This document shows positions 46,787 through 55,588 of a DNA stretch of 64,000 nt, one piece after another. Each line of letters begins with the position of its first letter. The first letter of the stretch is position 1. The stretch is from positions 3,042,198 to 3,106,197 of the forward strand of contig OZ223471.1 of assembly GCA_965140775.1 (NCBI GenBank), given 5' to 3'. The position numbers and the translations under genes were made by a program. This DNA comes from Bacteroidales bacterium (GTDB taxonomy: Bacteria > Bacteroidota > Bacteroidia > Bacteroidales > F082). The notes below the pieces were generated by a model that was not told where the DNA came from, searched no databases, and worked only from the letters and a program-made list of their open reading frames with translations.

Positions 46787-49700
46787 GGGAGGTGCTGTTG
46801 GTACAGAAATCTCCGTCTTTTTCACTGGTAACAGTTAAAGTAACCGTGTAAACCCCTCCTGCTGGGTATTGGTGTCTGAAAGTGGGGCCTGAATCGGTGG
46901 TGCCATCGCCCAGTTCCCAGTACCAGTCTACCAAAAAGTAGCCCGCGGGGGCGATGCTCTCATCAGTGAAGATGATCTTCTGACAGGTGTCTATGGCATA
47001 GCTAAAATCAACTATGGGGGGTTCTACCACGTCGATCATCAGGGTGTCGGCGTTGCTGCAGCCAATCACGTCGGTGACGGTGAGGGTCACCAGGTAGTTT
47101 CCAAAGATGGTGTAGGTATGTGGGGGTGGGTTTTGGTCGGTGCTGGTGGTGCCATCGCCAAAGTTCCACATCCAGGTGACGTTGTCGGTGCTGAATCCAC
47201 TAAAGGTGACTTCGTTGTTCACACACACGGAGCTGATATTGGATACGGCCACCACGTTGGGGGGATCGTTTACCGTGATGGTGACGATGTTGGTGTAGAT
47301 GCTGCCGCATCCGGAGGTTTGCATCAGGCGGTAGTTGGTGGTGGTTTGCAGGGCGTTGGGCTCGCTGTAATCCAGTGATGTGGCGCCTCCGATGGGGGTA
47401 TAGGGTCCGCCTGCCTGTGATTTTTCCCACTGGTAGCTATAGATGCCGTCTGCGCCCGTGGGAACGGTGCCGTGCAGGGGCAGGGTGGGAATGGTGTTAA
47501 AGCAAATGGTTTGGTTGCCGGTGGCGTTTCCTGGTAAGAATTCGTTGTAAACGGTTACGGTCACCGTATTGGTGTTTTCTATTCCACAGCCTGATCCACT
47601 GCTTTGTACTTGTCTGAAGTAGGTGGTGGTGGTCAGGGCTCCGCTTTGGTAATCGATTTGGGTGGCACCGGGAATATCCAAAAAGGTGACATTGTTGGTG
47701 GAACTCTGCCATTGGTAGGTGTAGTTGCCATCGCCTCCGGTGGGGGCGGTTCCCAAGATTGCCGTGGGGATGGTATTGTAGCAGATGGTCTGATCACCAC
47801 TGATGCTGCCCACGTTGTAGTCGGGATGTACATCCACGAAAATGGAGGCGGTGGTCACGGTGCCACAGATGCATATCTGGTTCAGGTGGTAGTAGGTGGG
47901 GGTGGTCAGCAGGCCGGGTTGGTAGCTCAGGTTGGTGGCGCCGGTGATATCGGTGTAGGTGATATCGTCCGTGGAGCTTTGCCACTGGTAGGTGTAGTTG
48001 CCATCACCACCGGTGGGGGGATCGGCACTCACGGGGGCGGGCTGGGTATTGTAGCAGATGAGCTGGTCGCCACTCACGGCGCCGGGGATGAACTCATCCA
48101 GCACGCCGATGGTGGTAGTGGGGGTGAATACAAGTGCACAGGTATTGGTCTGTCGCAACCTGTAATAGGTGGTTTGGGTAAGTAAGGGGGGTTGGTAGCT
48201 CAGGGTGGTGGCTCCGGTGATGTCGCTAAAGGTGATGTTGTCAGTGGAGCTTTGCCATTGGTAGGTGTAAACTCCATCGCCTCCTGTGGGGGCATCGGCC
48301 ACCAGCAGCTGGGGTTGGTTGCTATAGCAGATGATTTCGTCGGGGGCGGGGGCGCCGGCCAAAAATTCATCCCACACGTTGACCGTGATCACCGGGGTTT
48401 CCTTGCTGCCGCAATCGCAGCTTTGTACGTTTTTGAAGTAGGTGGTCTGCAATAAGGAGGTGGGACTCAGGTAGGTCAGGGCCGTGGCTCCGGGGATGTC
48501 GGTGAAGGTGACATTGTCGGTGGAGCTCTGCCATTGGTAGCTGTAGGTGCCTACACCGCCCGTGGGGGCACTTACTTCCATCTGGGCAGGGACGATGTTG
48601 TAGCAGATGGTTTGGTCGGGGGTGAGGGGGGCGCCGGGCTGGTAGTCTTCGATGGTGAGGATCATGTTGTCGCTCTCGCGGCAGCGGATGGCGCTTAGGA
48701 CTTCCATATTGAATTCGATGTCAATAGGATAAGTTATGTTGGGGTCGAAATCCCCCACCACATACACGGGTCGTTCAACGTGCGAATCAAGGAAATATCC
48801 CGCCGGATCTATCGTCGGATCGACTTTGGTCCAATTGATAATATCTCCATTCTGTTCTACAGGTGGTACCAAACTATTGGCAAAATCAAAAGGTAAACCC
48901 ACACATGCTTGTTCATCGGTACCGGCGTCGGCATAGGACCCCTCGCGTACTTCCAACACCATCACGTCGGTTTGGTCGGTACAGGGTGACAGTGCAGTTG
49001 CATGCAACGTAAGTGTAACAAAAGCTATTTCATCAGGTCCGGGAACATAGGTGGGATTTGCCGTGGTTTCATTTATCAGCGATCCTCCCTGTGTGCTGTT
49101 GTGTGTCCACAAGAGGGAACTATAGTTGACAGCATCTGCATCGATGAGTGTGAAAGGAACATCCTCACAGGTAACACGATCGGGACCTGCATCAGCCAGA
49201 CAGGTTCCGTTGATGGTTATTGGCTTTATCACTTGCTCCACACAGAGGTTTAAGGTAACATTATAATTTCCCGGTGCGGTGTAAGTATGAACCGTATTTT
49301 TCCCTGTTCCCATGCTACCATCGCCATAATCCCAATCCCAACCGGTAAAATCAGCATCGCCAATCCCATCGAAACTAACCTGAAAATCCTGACAACCAAC
49401 AGGCGGATTCAAATTAAAATCGAGTCCCGACATATCTACCACCACCTGTTCGTGGGTGGTAGATACGGCACACCCGTTATTATTGGTATAAGTGGAGGTT
49501 ATCAGAAAATTCCCTGCATTTTGAAATTCATGGGTAGTGATGGCATTGGTTCCGGCCTCACCATCGCCAAAATCCCATTGCCAATCCACAATATCAGAGG
49601 TTCCTGAAGCCTCCAGAGTGAGCATCTCGCCCAAACAGATGGTGTCGTTGGGTAACACAGCGAAATCGGCCGCAGGAAGGTCGCTCACCAACAAATGATG

Positions 49701-51884
49701 AACCAGGGTATCGTTACAATTGTTATCATTTACCACGATCAGGGTCACATCGTAATCTCCCGAAGCTCCGTAGGTGTGGGTTACCATCTCTCCATTGTCA
49801 GTGGTCAGGTCACCAAAATCCCAATTCCAGTCGGTAATGTTGGTGTTGGCACTTCCCGTATAGGTGATTTCATCTCCCAAACAACTGATATCGGGCACAC
49901 TAATACTCATGGTGGCATTGGGCGCTTCAAATATTTCTACCTGATGGGTGACGGTGGCAGGACAATTTTCATCGCTTGTGGCCGTGAGTGCGATGGTCTT
50001 CAGTCCAAACGAATTGTACGTATAATTCACATTTTGACCCATACCTGTGTTGCCATCGCCATAATCCCAAGCCCAGCTGTTAATTGGTATATCCGCAGTC
50101 CCGGCAAGGGTCATTTCTTCATCCGAACAAAAAACATTGCCCGGACTTATCCCAAAATCGAGGGTGGGCGTTTGATTGATGGTTAAAGTGTGTTGGATGA
50201 TGTCGCTACACAAGTCGTCGGTGATTACCTCCAGTTGAACGGTGTAGATACCCGGAAGGAGGTACTGATGGGACACATTTTGACCCGCATCCGTATTTCC
50301 ATCTCCAAAATCCCAATTCCAGTCGGTGATGTTACCATTCGCATTTCCCGTAAAATCAATGGGATCGCCCAAACAACTGATGTCGTTGACACTGATCAAC
50401 ATCGAAGCCACAGGAGTTTCGAACACCTCCACCTGATGACTGGTATTGGCAGAGCAATTGTCAACCGTATTTACCAACATGGTGACGGTTTTGAACCCAA
50501 AGGTGCTGTATGTATGCGTTGCCGTTTGGCCAAAGCCTATATTACTGTCCCCAAAATCCCAAGTCCATGAGGCTATGGGTGCGTCGGAAGAACCGGTCAC
50601 GGACATTTCCTGATCGGAACAAAAAGAGTTGCCGGGGGTTATGGTAAAATCGATGGTAGGCGCCTGTGAAATGGTGATGTTGTGCGTTACCACATCCGTG
50701 CACGTATGGTTATTGGTAACGGTTAAGGTAACAACGAAATTTCCGAAGGAGGAATACTGGTGAGAAACCGTTTGACCGGAGGCAGTACTTCCATCGCCAA
50801 AATTCCATACCCAGCTTGTAATATTGGTAATCGGTGATGCGCTAAAGGTAATGTCCTGGTCTGCGCATGCCGTATTGCCCGGACTCATTGTAAAATCCGC
50901 AACCGGGGGAGAAAAGGTTTGTACCACTTGTGAGGTTATTCCCGTACAACTTTCGGAGGAGGTTACAGTAAGTTGTACCGCGTGATTTCCGGGCACGGTA
51001 TAGGCATGACTCACATTCTGACCTGATCCGAAGCTGCCATCGCCAAAGCTCCATGCCCAGTTGGTGATGGTTTGGGTGCTGCTACCCGAAAAACTGACAG
51101 TTTCGTTAAGACAAATTCCTGTAAGTGGGTTCACTGTAAACGATGGACTGGGATTGGGATTGATAACCACTGTTGTGATGGCGGGATCGCTCACTACACC
51201 GTCGATGGTAATCACCACCTGATAATCACCTGCATATCCCAACACCACGTTGGGTCGGGTTGGGTTTTGCAGGGTAGAAAAGAAACCTGCGGGACCTGTC
51301 CATTCGTAGGTAGCTCCGGTGGCATCGGTGGCGTACAACTCGAGAGTTTCGCCCACGCATAGCGGACCATTGTTGCTTACCTGCGGAGGAACAATATCAC
51401 AGTCAGTTTCTCCGGTACCCGAGGACAATTCAAAAGTGATATTACACGGATCATTGGAGTAATTGGTAATCAATAAAATATAGTACTCCCCCACTTGTGC
51501 ATTGGGAATATCGCAATATTCTATGGCATCCGGCAAAAAACTACAATCTACAATTTTGGGGGCAGTGAGTTGACCATCACATGGCGCCTGAGGATCCATA
51601 AAGGGCCCCCAGCAAATAAAGTCGATATCTTTGGAGGGTGTGGAATACATTTTTATCTGGAGGTTGCCCGCGACGGCAATACGCATATGGTACCAAGCCG
51701 GGTTTGGTTGTGAGCCCAAACAACCATAATTCGGACCCAGTTGAGCTTGGCCCGAATTTACTCCTGCGGGAAAGTCATATACAGTGCTGGTACAAAACGG
51801 GTCGGAGGTTTCGCACATACTCGACTGCCCGAAAAGAAAAGAAGTGTAAGCTAATAGAAAGGAAATCAAAAATATTTTTTTCAT
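41604..51884 (-). CDS. giant (3426 aa) T9SS cargo: Cys-rich N-terminal domain, PKD-like repeats, five YxYQWQ repeats, type-B C-terminal sorting domain
   Basis: The product has a signal peptide. The N-terminus reads CETSDPFC...GPNYGCLGSQPNPAWYHM. PKD-like units recur as in the neighbouring gene. The C-terminal 1726 aa are near-identical to those of 30747-41414. Confidence 0.9.
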   Translation of the reverse strand: MKKIFLISFLLAYTSFLFGQSSMCETSDPFCTSTVYDFPAGVNSGQAQLGPNYGCLGSQPNPAWYHMRIAVAGNLQIKMYSTPSKDIDFICWGPFMDPQAPCDGQLTAPKIVDCSFLPDAIEYCDIPNAQVGEYYILLITNYSNDPCNITFELSSGTGETDCDIVPPQVSNNGPLCVGETLELYATDATGATYEWTGPAGFFSTLQNPTRPNVVLGYAGDYQVVITIDGVVSDPAITTVVINPNPSPSFTVNPLTGICLNETVSFSGSSTQTITNWAWSFGDGSFGSGQNVSHAYTVPGNHAVQLTVTSSESCTGITSQVVQTFSPPVADFTMSPGNTACADQDITFSASPITNITSWVWNFGDGSTASGQTVSHQYSSFGNFVVTLTVTNNHTCTDVVTHNITISQAPTIDFTITPGNSFCSDQEMSVTGSSDAPIASWTWDFGDSNIGFGQTATHTYSTFGFKTVTMLVNTVDNCSANTSHQVEVFETPVASMLISVNDISCLGDPIDFTGNANGNITDWNWDFGDGNTDAGQNVSHQYLLPGIYTVQLEVITDDLCSDIIQHTLTINQTPTLDFGISPGNVFCSDEEMTLAGTADIPINSWAWDYGDGNTGMGQNVNYTYNSFGLKTIALTATSDENCPATVTHQVEIFEAPNATMSISVPDISCLGDEITYTGSANTNITDWNWDFGDLTTDNGEMVTHTYGASGDYDVTLIVVNDNNCNDTLVHHLLVSDLPAADFAVLPNDTICLGEMLTLEASGTSDIVDWQWDFGDGEAGTNAITTHEFQNAGNFLITSTYTNNNGCAVSTTHEQVVVDMSGLDFNLNPPVGCQDFQVSFDGIGDADFTGWDWDYGDGSMGTGKNTVHTYTAPGNYNVTLNLCVEQVIKPITINGTCLADAGPDRVTCEDVPFTLIDADAVNYSSLLWTHNSTQGGSLINETTANPTYVPGPDEIAFVTLTLHATALSPCTDQTDVMVLEVREGSYADAGTDEQACVGLPFDFANSLVPPVEQNGDIINWTKVDPTIDPAGYFLDSHVERPVYVVGDFDPNITYPIDIEFNMEVLSAIRCRESDNMILTIEDYQPGAPLTPDQTICYNIVPAQMEVSAPTGGVGTYSYQWQSSTDNVTFTDIPGATALTYLSPTSLLQTTYFKNVQSCDCGSKETPVITVNVWDEFLAGAPAPDEIICYSNQPQLLVADAPTGGDGVYTYQWQSSTDNITFSDITGATTLSYQPPLLTQTTYYRLRQTNTCALVFTPTTTIGVLDEFIPGAVSGDQLICYNTQPAPVSADPPTGGDGNYTYQWQSSTDDITYTDITGATNLSYQPGLLTTPTYYHLNQICICGTVTTASIFVDVHPDYNVGSISGDQTICYNTIPTAILGTAPTGGDGNYTYQWQSSTNNVTFLDIPGATQIDYQSGALTTTTYFRQVQSSGSGCGIENTNTVTVTVYNEFLPGNATGNQTICFNTIPTLPLHGTVPTGADGIYSYQWEKSQAGGPYTPIGGATSLDYSEPNALQTTTNYRLMQTSGCGSIYTNIVTITVNDPPNVVAVSNISSVCVNNEVTFSGFSTDNVTWMWNFGDGTTSTDQNPPPHTYTIFGNYLVTLTVTDVIGCSNADTLMIDVVEPPIVDFSYAIDTCQKIIFTDESIAPAGYFLVDWYWELGDGTTDSGPTFRHQYPAGGVYTVTLTVTSEKDGDFCTNSTSLPVIVPNTPTIYYTWDPEPTCLMDTTFFYGASGTPITDWYWNFDDGHDTTGQYAGHVFDNPGTYDVILYITDTNLCQNSLSQQVTINPIPQVSMQIFDSPTCAQSMTSFQGSADTGIEFWWWDFGDGGISEDQNPVHSYTNGGTYTVTLTATDSAGCSATATGEIIVVPTPTADFSYTMSGCNLFAFTDNSTLPPGYQPYSRLWDFGDGSTSDVPNPVHTYATGGFYDVKLVFTSDSLTYQCSDSITKTVQAPNTPNATFTWAPNPAQAGDNIGFFATSGSTITNWAWDFADGGTATGQNTTHTYTNPGDYDVSLTVTDVNGCTFETVIQVNVGGLPPVDFTWDNACENTPIQFTTDATITDVGAVAIYDWDFGDGTSSNNQDPLHTYLNANMYNVTLTIIDTLGYTNSVTHQVEVMPEPISMFSISSPNCENSETFFEDYSIALSGYLTTWEWDFGDGNTATINFPDDPDVSHIYPGTGTYTAMLTVTTSDGCQATNSQDVTITPSPIAQIDYDAGCMSGPISFHDVSSENGAGTIMAWQWNFGDPASGSSNQSSQSDPTHLFSGPGTYEVTLSIQSQSNCTDADTIEITITDAPEVDFTFTPACMHEPVSFTITDLTGLDQYFWDFGDGHTSQQPDPENTYDSPGDFQVSLTVQTTDGCTATQTQTVTVNPLPQASFEYSQPTCVGDTIFFLNLSNSPNGAIVKWEWDFDDGNTETILAPNGGNTSHVYANDQSYDVTLTVTDSDSCQNTVTRTVISVASPVAEFNWEDACFGQPTQFYDLTNNTPDIGSWYWDFGDPLSGNTNTSTYQNPTHVFSSPGDYTVTLIVTNTQGCDDTITHDLSVNPAPDVSFTMSSDTLCANTPVSFAGTSTAQISTWYWDFGDGGYALTQNADYLYNAPGTYTVTLTVTDLAGCEASTSEQIIVKDPPLANFSYQNACLGDTTYFTDESYSQLGYIAGWEWDLGDGSTANIQNPTHLYATNDDFQVTLIATDNYGCADTIRQWVKVRTRPIAKIESFVQVCDPAGQVYFFDGSEPGADGSPIQTWEWNLNEGYYSTEIDPEYIYDITDTCYQVTLTVTDDNACYSTDTVEVCVFGQLEVEITADQVCLTQPTTFYAHYLPENDSVASYSWNFHDGTPQITTYHDSIQHTFANPGLYNVELMAVDTNGCSAYASLEITIDSLPTPRFSYEAGACDTPMQFTDESINGGNFIQSWLWDFGDPLSTEPNTSTDQNPTHLYSPNDSSYQVKLIVTNFTGCTDSIVQTVYTRACLIADFYVPDTINLCALTEVCFADSSVFLTQNGNITQWDWDFGDGTTESYNSFQSHACHSYQDNQGGTYQVTLTVTGEIGTQTYTNTITKEVLIRPTPMAAIIVQNNCLGDITFFMDGSDNYGDPITSWRWDFGDTSTDADTAIIANPTYLYPAYDNYLTELIVANQWGCTDTTSTEVTIFKPPTAEFSWAETCQGYYTYFTDESTADSAQITNYFWHFGDPYTMDSVSDLQNPYHIYDSIDSYTVTMQITDANFCRSQISHEIEIYPVPTALFTLTEDWEGRQGQVKLDNLSLCDTIDYFWNFDDTYTTTEESPIHQYEYDSDPIYNLTLVATNTYGCPDTLIYPYELLFTGLYVPNAFSPSVADETFNTFKPVGINLSEYKLEVFSGWGNLVFSSTRLENGQVAEGWDGTYEGQPLPTGTYIWRITARFSDDSYWRGSDNGDGNLETHGTVTLIR
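47290..48650 (-). repeat. five tandem ~91-aa (~273-nt) coding repeats with the core GG.G.Y.YQW(Q/E).S.D...F.DI.GAT...Y
   Basis: The motif is read in the protein as TYSYQWQSSTDNVTF, VYTYQWQSSTDNITF, NYTYQWQSSTDDITY, NYTYQWQSSTNNVTF and IYSYQWEKSQAGGPY. The corresponding antisense ccattggta/ccactggta strings recur about every 273 nt. Confidence 0.8.
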
Positions 51885-51980
51885 CGATGTGAAATGTGGT
51901 ATCGTGTTTCAATAAATAATCATCAGAAATTCAATTACTGAGGCTGACAAAACGCCGAAACCAGGTAATTCTCGTGCATA

Positions 51981-51988
51981 CAAATGTA
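51981..51988 (-). promoter_or_regulatory. candidate -7 box TAcaTTTG upstream of giant gene 2
   Basis: The minus strand reads TTACATTTG about 95 nt upstream of ATG 51884. Confidence 0.3.
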
Positions 51989-52284
51989 ATGATAACACCA
52001 AAACCACCACAGGTTGCCTGATATTTATAGGCATTTCAAATTACAATCGCTGCCATTTTTTCAACCCGGGATATAGGACACATATTCAGGGCAAATGGTT
52101 GCGGGTAAGAATAACAGTTGTGAGCCATCTTTGGTTTTCGTAGCGACCAAAATTTGGGTTGCATGGGGTTTTGGTACAGAATATTCGCCTGCCAAATGAA
52201 AATGCAGGATACCAACCATGCCGGCTATCGAAGGGAGGATGGGATTTGAAAAAACCGACAACCGCGAAGGCTCGAAAACAAACT

Positions 52285-52314
52285 AAAAAGGGAGGCATGC
52301 TTTGCATACCTCCC
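52285..52314 (-). terminator. rho-independent terminator of rpmH
   Basis: The hairpin GGGAGGTATGC-aaa-GCATGCCTCCC has 10 of 11 positions paired and is followed by TTTTT on the minus strand. It lies 37 nt after the rpmH stop. Confidence 0.75.
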
Positions 52315-52351
52315 GATTTTATGTTTTCAGGATATTACAGAAAGAATCTGT

Positions 52352-52507
52352 TTATTTACGTGATTCGTCGGAAACAGTGAGTTTCTTTCTACCTTTTGCT
52401 CTTCTTCTCTTAAGAACCTTCCGGCCGTTGACGGATGCCATTCTTTCACGGAAACCGTGTTTATTCCTTCTTTTTCTCTGCGATGGTTGAAACGTTCTTT
52501 TAGTCAT
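52352..52507 (-). CDS. rpmH: 50S ribosomal protein L34
   Basis: My own translation is [51 protein letters not shown] (51 aa), the canonical L34 sequence. It falls below the ORF-track length cutoff. Confidence 0.95.
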   Translation of the reverse strand: MTKRTFQPSQRKRRNKHGFRERMASVNGRKVLKRRRAKGRKKLTVSDESRK

Positions 52508-52531
52508 CTCTTTCTATGTTTTTTCGGAGTG

Positions 52532-52561
52532 CAAAAATAGGGTTATTTTATTTAATACAAA
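52532..52561 (-). promoter_or_regulatory. Bacteroidota-type promoter for rpmH (-33 TTTG, 18-nt spacer, -7 TATTTTTG)
   Basis: The minus strand reads TTTG tattaaataaaataaccc TATTTTTG, ending about 25 nt upstream of the ATG. Confidence 0.45.
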
Positions 52562-52624
52562 ATGGTTTGACAAAAAAAATTGAAATTTCTGCATACCCTT
52601 TTCTACGCTCTGTTTCAAAGTGTT

Positions 52625-52658
52625 AAAAAACAGAGGGGAACCTTAGGCTCCCCTCTCC
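52625..52658 (-). terminator. rho-independent terminator of pepD
   Basis: The hairpin AGAGGGGA-gcctaaggt-TCCCCTCT is followed by TTTTTT on the minus strand. It lies about 25 nt after the stop at 52681. Confidence 0.7.
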
Positions 52659-52680
52659 TACAATTAAAATGAAAAAATTA

Positions 52681-54141
52681 TTACTTTTTTGGTGCATGTT
52701 TTAATGTTTCGAGCAAAAATTCCCAAAACAAGTCCACCGTAGCAATATTTACTTTTTCGTCGGGTGAGTGGGGATTGCGAATGGTGGGTCCGAAGGAAAT
52801 CATATCCCAGTGGGGATAGGTAGCTCCCAAAATCCCACATTCCAAACCTGCATGTATCACCTTCACTTCCGGCACTTTTCCAAAGCGGTTGTTATATACC
52901 TCTTTCATTTCCTTGAGGATGGCCGAATCAGGATTGGGTTTCCAGCCCGGATAGGAACCTGAACTGACGGCAGTTCCACCGGCACCTTCAAATACCTTGC
53001 GAATGGTGGCACCCAATTCGTCTTTGTCGGCATCTACCAGACTGCGTTGGAGGGTAGAGATTTCAATTTTTCCGTTACCCGACTTCACAATGGCCAGGTT
53101 GGTGGAGGTTTCCACGATACCTTCAACGCTTTCGCTCATCTTGATAACCCCGTTGGGACATTCAAGCACGGCTTTGTAGAGGTTGGCTTGTGTGGTTTCG
53201 TCCAACAGATTTTCAGGCAGGTCGGCAGGTTCGGCAATGATCATCAAACCACCATCATTTTCTTCAAATTCTTCCCGGGCAATCACTTCAAACTCTTTCA
53301 CAAAGGTTTCGAAGGTGGCTTTTTTGTCCTCTTCCACTACCACGGTAGCAAAAGACTCGCGTGGAATGGCATTGCGCAGACTTCCGCCGTCGATTTCGGC
53401 CAAACGAACGCCGTATTTTTCGGCAGCCTTCATCAGCAACACGTTCATGATTTTGTTGGCATTGCCGCGACCCAGGTTGATATCCAATCCTGAGTGTCCG
53501 CCTTTGAGGCCTTTTACACTGATTTTATAAGCTGCCATCCCATCGGGAAGGTTCACCGGAGTGTAGGTAAAAGTACCTGTGGTGTCGATACCACCGGCAC
53601 AACCAATATACAATTCGCCTTCGTCTTCAGAGTCGAGGTTGATGAGGATATCACCATCCAATAAGCCGGCTTCCAGGTTTTCGGCACCGGTCATTCCGGT
53701 TTCTTCGTCCATGGTGATCAGCACTTCAATTGGTCCGTGAACCAGGTCGGTTGCTTCGAGCACAGCCATGGCAGCAGCCACACCCATACCGTTGTCGGCA
53801 CCCAAAGTTGTTCCTCTGGCAGTTACCCATTCGCCGTCAATATATGCATCAATGGGGTCTTTTTCAAAATCGTGTTTGGTATCTGAATTTTTTTGAGGTA
53901 CCATGTCCATATGACCTTGCAGGATAATTCCTTTGCGGTCTTCCATGCCTTCGGTGGCAGGTTTTTTTATGATTACGTTACCCACTTTGTCCACGATGGT
54001 TTCCAGACCGAGGTCTTCACCAAATTTTTTCAAGAAAGCAATTACTTGTGCTTCTTTTTTCGATGGGCGGGGTATTTCCGTAAGTGCATGGAAGTTTTTC
54101 CACAGACTTTCGGGTTTTAATGTCAAAATATCTTTTGCCAT
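52681..54141 (-). CDS. pepD: aminoacyl-histidine (Xaa-His) dipeptidase, M20C family
   Basis: 486 aa. The segments LWKNFHALTEIPRPSKKE...LQGHMDMVPQKN...DGEWV.A.GTTLGADNG and HSPDE are characteristic of PepD. Confidence 0.85.
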   Translation of the reverse strand: MAKDILTLKPESLWKNFHALTEIPRPSKKEAQVIAFLKKFGEDLGLETIVDKVGNVIIKKPATEGMEDRKGIILQGHMDMVPQKNSDTKHDFEKDPIDAYIDGEWVTARGTTLGADNGMGVAAAMAVLEATDLVHGPIEVLITMDEETGMTGAENLEAGLLDGDILINLDSEDEGELYIGCAGGIDTTGTFTYTPVNLPDGMAAYKISVKGLKGGHSGLDINLGRGNANKIMNVLLMKAAEKYGVRLAEIDGGSLRNAIPRESFATVVVEEDKKATFETFVKEFEVIAREEFEENDGGLMIIAEPADLPENLLDETTQANLYKAVLECPNGVIKMSESVEGIVETSTNLAIVKSGNGKIEISTLQRSLVDADKDELGATIRKVFEGAGGTAVSSGSYPGWKPNPDSAILKEMKEVYNNRFGKVPEVKVIHAGLECGILGATYPHWDMISFGPTIRNPHSPDEKVNIATVDLFWEFLLETLKHAPKK

Positions 54142-54160
54142 AATAGTTTATTTTTAAAGT

Positions 54161-55588
54161 TTATTTCTGGATATTCGGAAGTTCAAGTCCGTATCCTTTT
54201 TTCTTGTCTTCGGCTTTCAGCATAAAACCTACCAATACAGCCAAAACACCCAAACCTGTAAAAATAAGCATGGGGTTGGTGTAATCGTAAAGTGGTATTT
54301 CGGTTCCATTGGCTTTGGCCAACGCAACACCGGGATTGGATTGATCCAACACATAACCGATCAAGGCAGGAATGCCCATCAAACCCCAGTTTTGAATCCA
54401 GAAGATCAATGAGAAAGCTGTTCCCAATTGATTTTCAGGTATAATCTTTGGTACGGAAGGCCACATGGCTGAAGGAACCAGCGACAAGGCCACGCCCAGG
54501 AGAATAACCAAAACCACGGCCACCATCCAATAATTAAATACGGGCAGGGAGAAAATGGCATGAACAAATACAATGATGCCGGCACCAATAATCATGATGG
54601 TAGCACCTTTTCCTTTTTTGTCGTAGATATTTCCAAAGAATGGGGTCAGGAACAAAGTACCCAATGGCAACAAGCTTGGAATTAAACCTGCCAGGCTTTG
54701 ATCGACGCCATATTTGTTCACCATCAGGTCGGAAGCATATTTGATAAAGGGAAATACGGAAGAATAAAACAGCACGCACAAAAAGGCAATTAACCAGAAA
54801 CCTTTGTTAGAAACGATGGTTCCGATATCGCTGAATTTGAATGGTTCTTCTTCATTTACCTCACCGGATTCGGCAACAGATTTATCCAGTTTCTTATCCA
54901 TGGAAACATAGATAAAAAAGGCAATAAAACCAATACAAAGAAGAATGAAAGCAAAGGCAATGGGAGCCGCGATGCTGGGCGACATTTTTTCGGTGAGTGA
55001 ACCTCCTGAAACAACCGTATGGGTACTGGCGAAAAATTCGGCCAAAAAAACGGGAGCAGCCATGGCAAGGAGGGTTCCCATACGGGCAACCGCCATTTGC
55101 ATACCCATGGCCAATGCCATTTCGTAGCCTTTAAACCATTTCACGATAATCTTTGATACGGTAATCCCCGCAATTTCAACACCTACACCAAAAATGGCAA
55201 AACCGACAGAAGCAAAAAACACCTGACTGTGAATTCCCATGATGGTTTCTGTGGGCAAGGTTGGATTTGAAATAGCCCAAAATTTAATACCTGCACCCAA
55301 CACCATGATTCCGGATGCCATCAAACCTGTAAACCGAACACCCATTTTATCAAGGATAATACCTCCGAAAATGAGCATGAGCAAAAACACATTCAACCAT
55401 CCATAAGCACTGGTAAATATGCCATAATTGGTACTCGACCAACCAAACTCTGATTCCAGCATCGGTTTTAAGGGCGACATAACGTCGGTTAAAAAATAAC
55501 CCGCAAACATGGTTATGGAGATAATTCCCAAAGCACTCCATCTGGCAGCTTTCGAATCTCGCAATGATTTTCTTATTACTTCTGTCAT
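54161..55588 (-). CDS. MFS transporter
   Basis: There are about 12 hydrophobic segments and an MFS-like loop DKMGVRFTG. The start is set at ATG 55588 (MTEVIRKSL). Confidence 0.75.
   Translation of the reverse strand: MTEVIRKSLRDSKAARWSALGIISITMFAGYFLTDVMSPLKPMLESEFGWSSTNYGIFTSAYGWLNVFLLMLIFGGIILDKMGVRFTGLMASGIMVLGAGIKFWAISNPTLPTETIMGIHSQVFFASVGFAIFGVGVEIAGITVSKIIVKWFKGYEMALAMGMQMAVARMGTLLAMAAPVFLAEFFASTHTVVSGGSLTEKMSPSIAAPIAFAFILLCIGFIAFFIYVSMDKKLDKSVAESGEVNEEEPFKFSDIGTIVSNKGFWLIAFLCVLFYSSVFPFIKYASDLMVNKYGVDQSLAGLIPSLLPLGTLFLTPFFGNIYDKKGKGATIMIIGAGIIVFVHAIFSLPVFNYWMVAVVLVILLGVALSLVPSAMWPSVPKIIPENQLGTAFSLIFWIQNWGLMGIPALIGYVLDQSNPGVALAKANGTEIPLYDYTNPMLIFTGLGVLAVLVGFMLKAEDKKKGYGLELPNIQK

Noticed and set aside
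52061-52307. Short overlapping ORFs (66-73 aa) and a possible RNase P RNA, tmRNA or SRP RNA between rpmH and giant gene 2.
   Set aside because: - The ORFs overlap one another in different frames and have no start context.
- I found none of the hallmark conserved strings of those RNAs.
- The region is left as an unexplained non-coding stretch.
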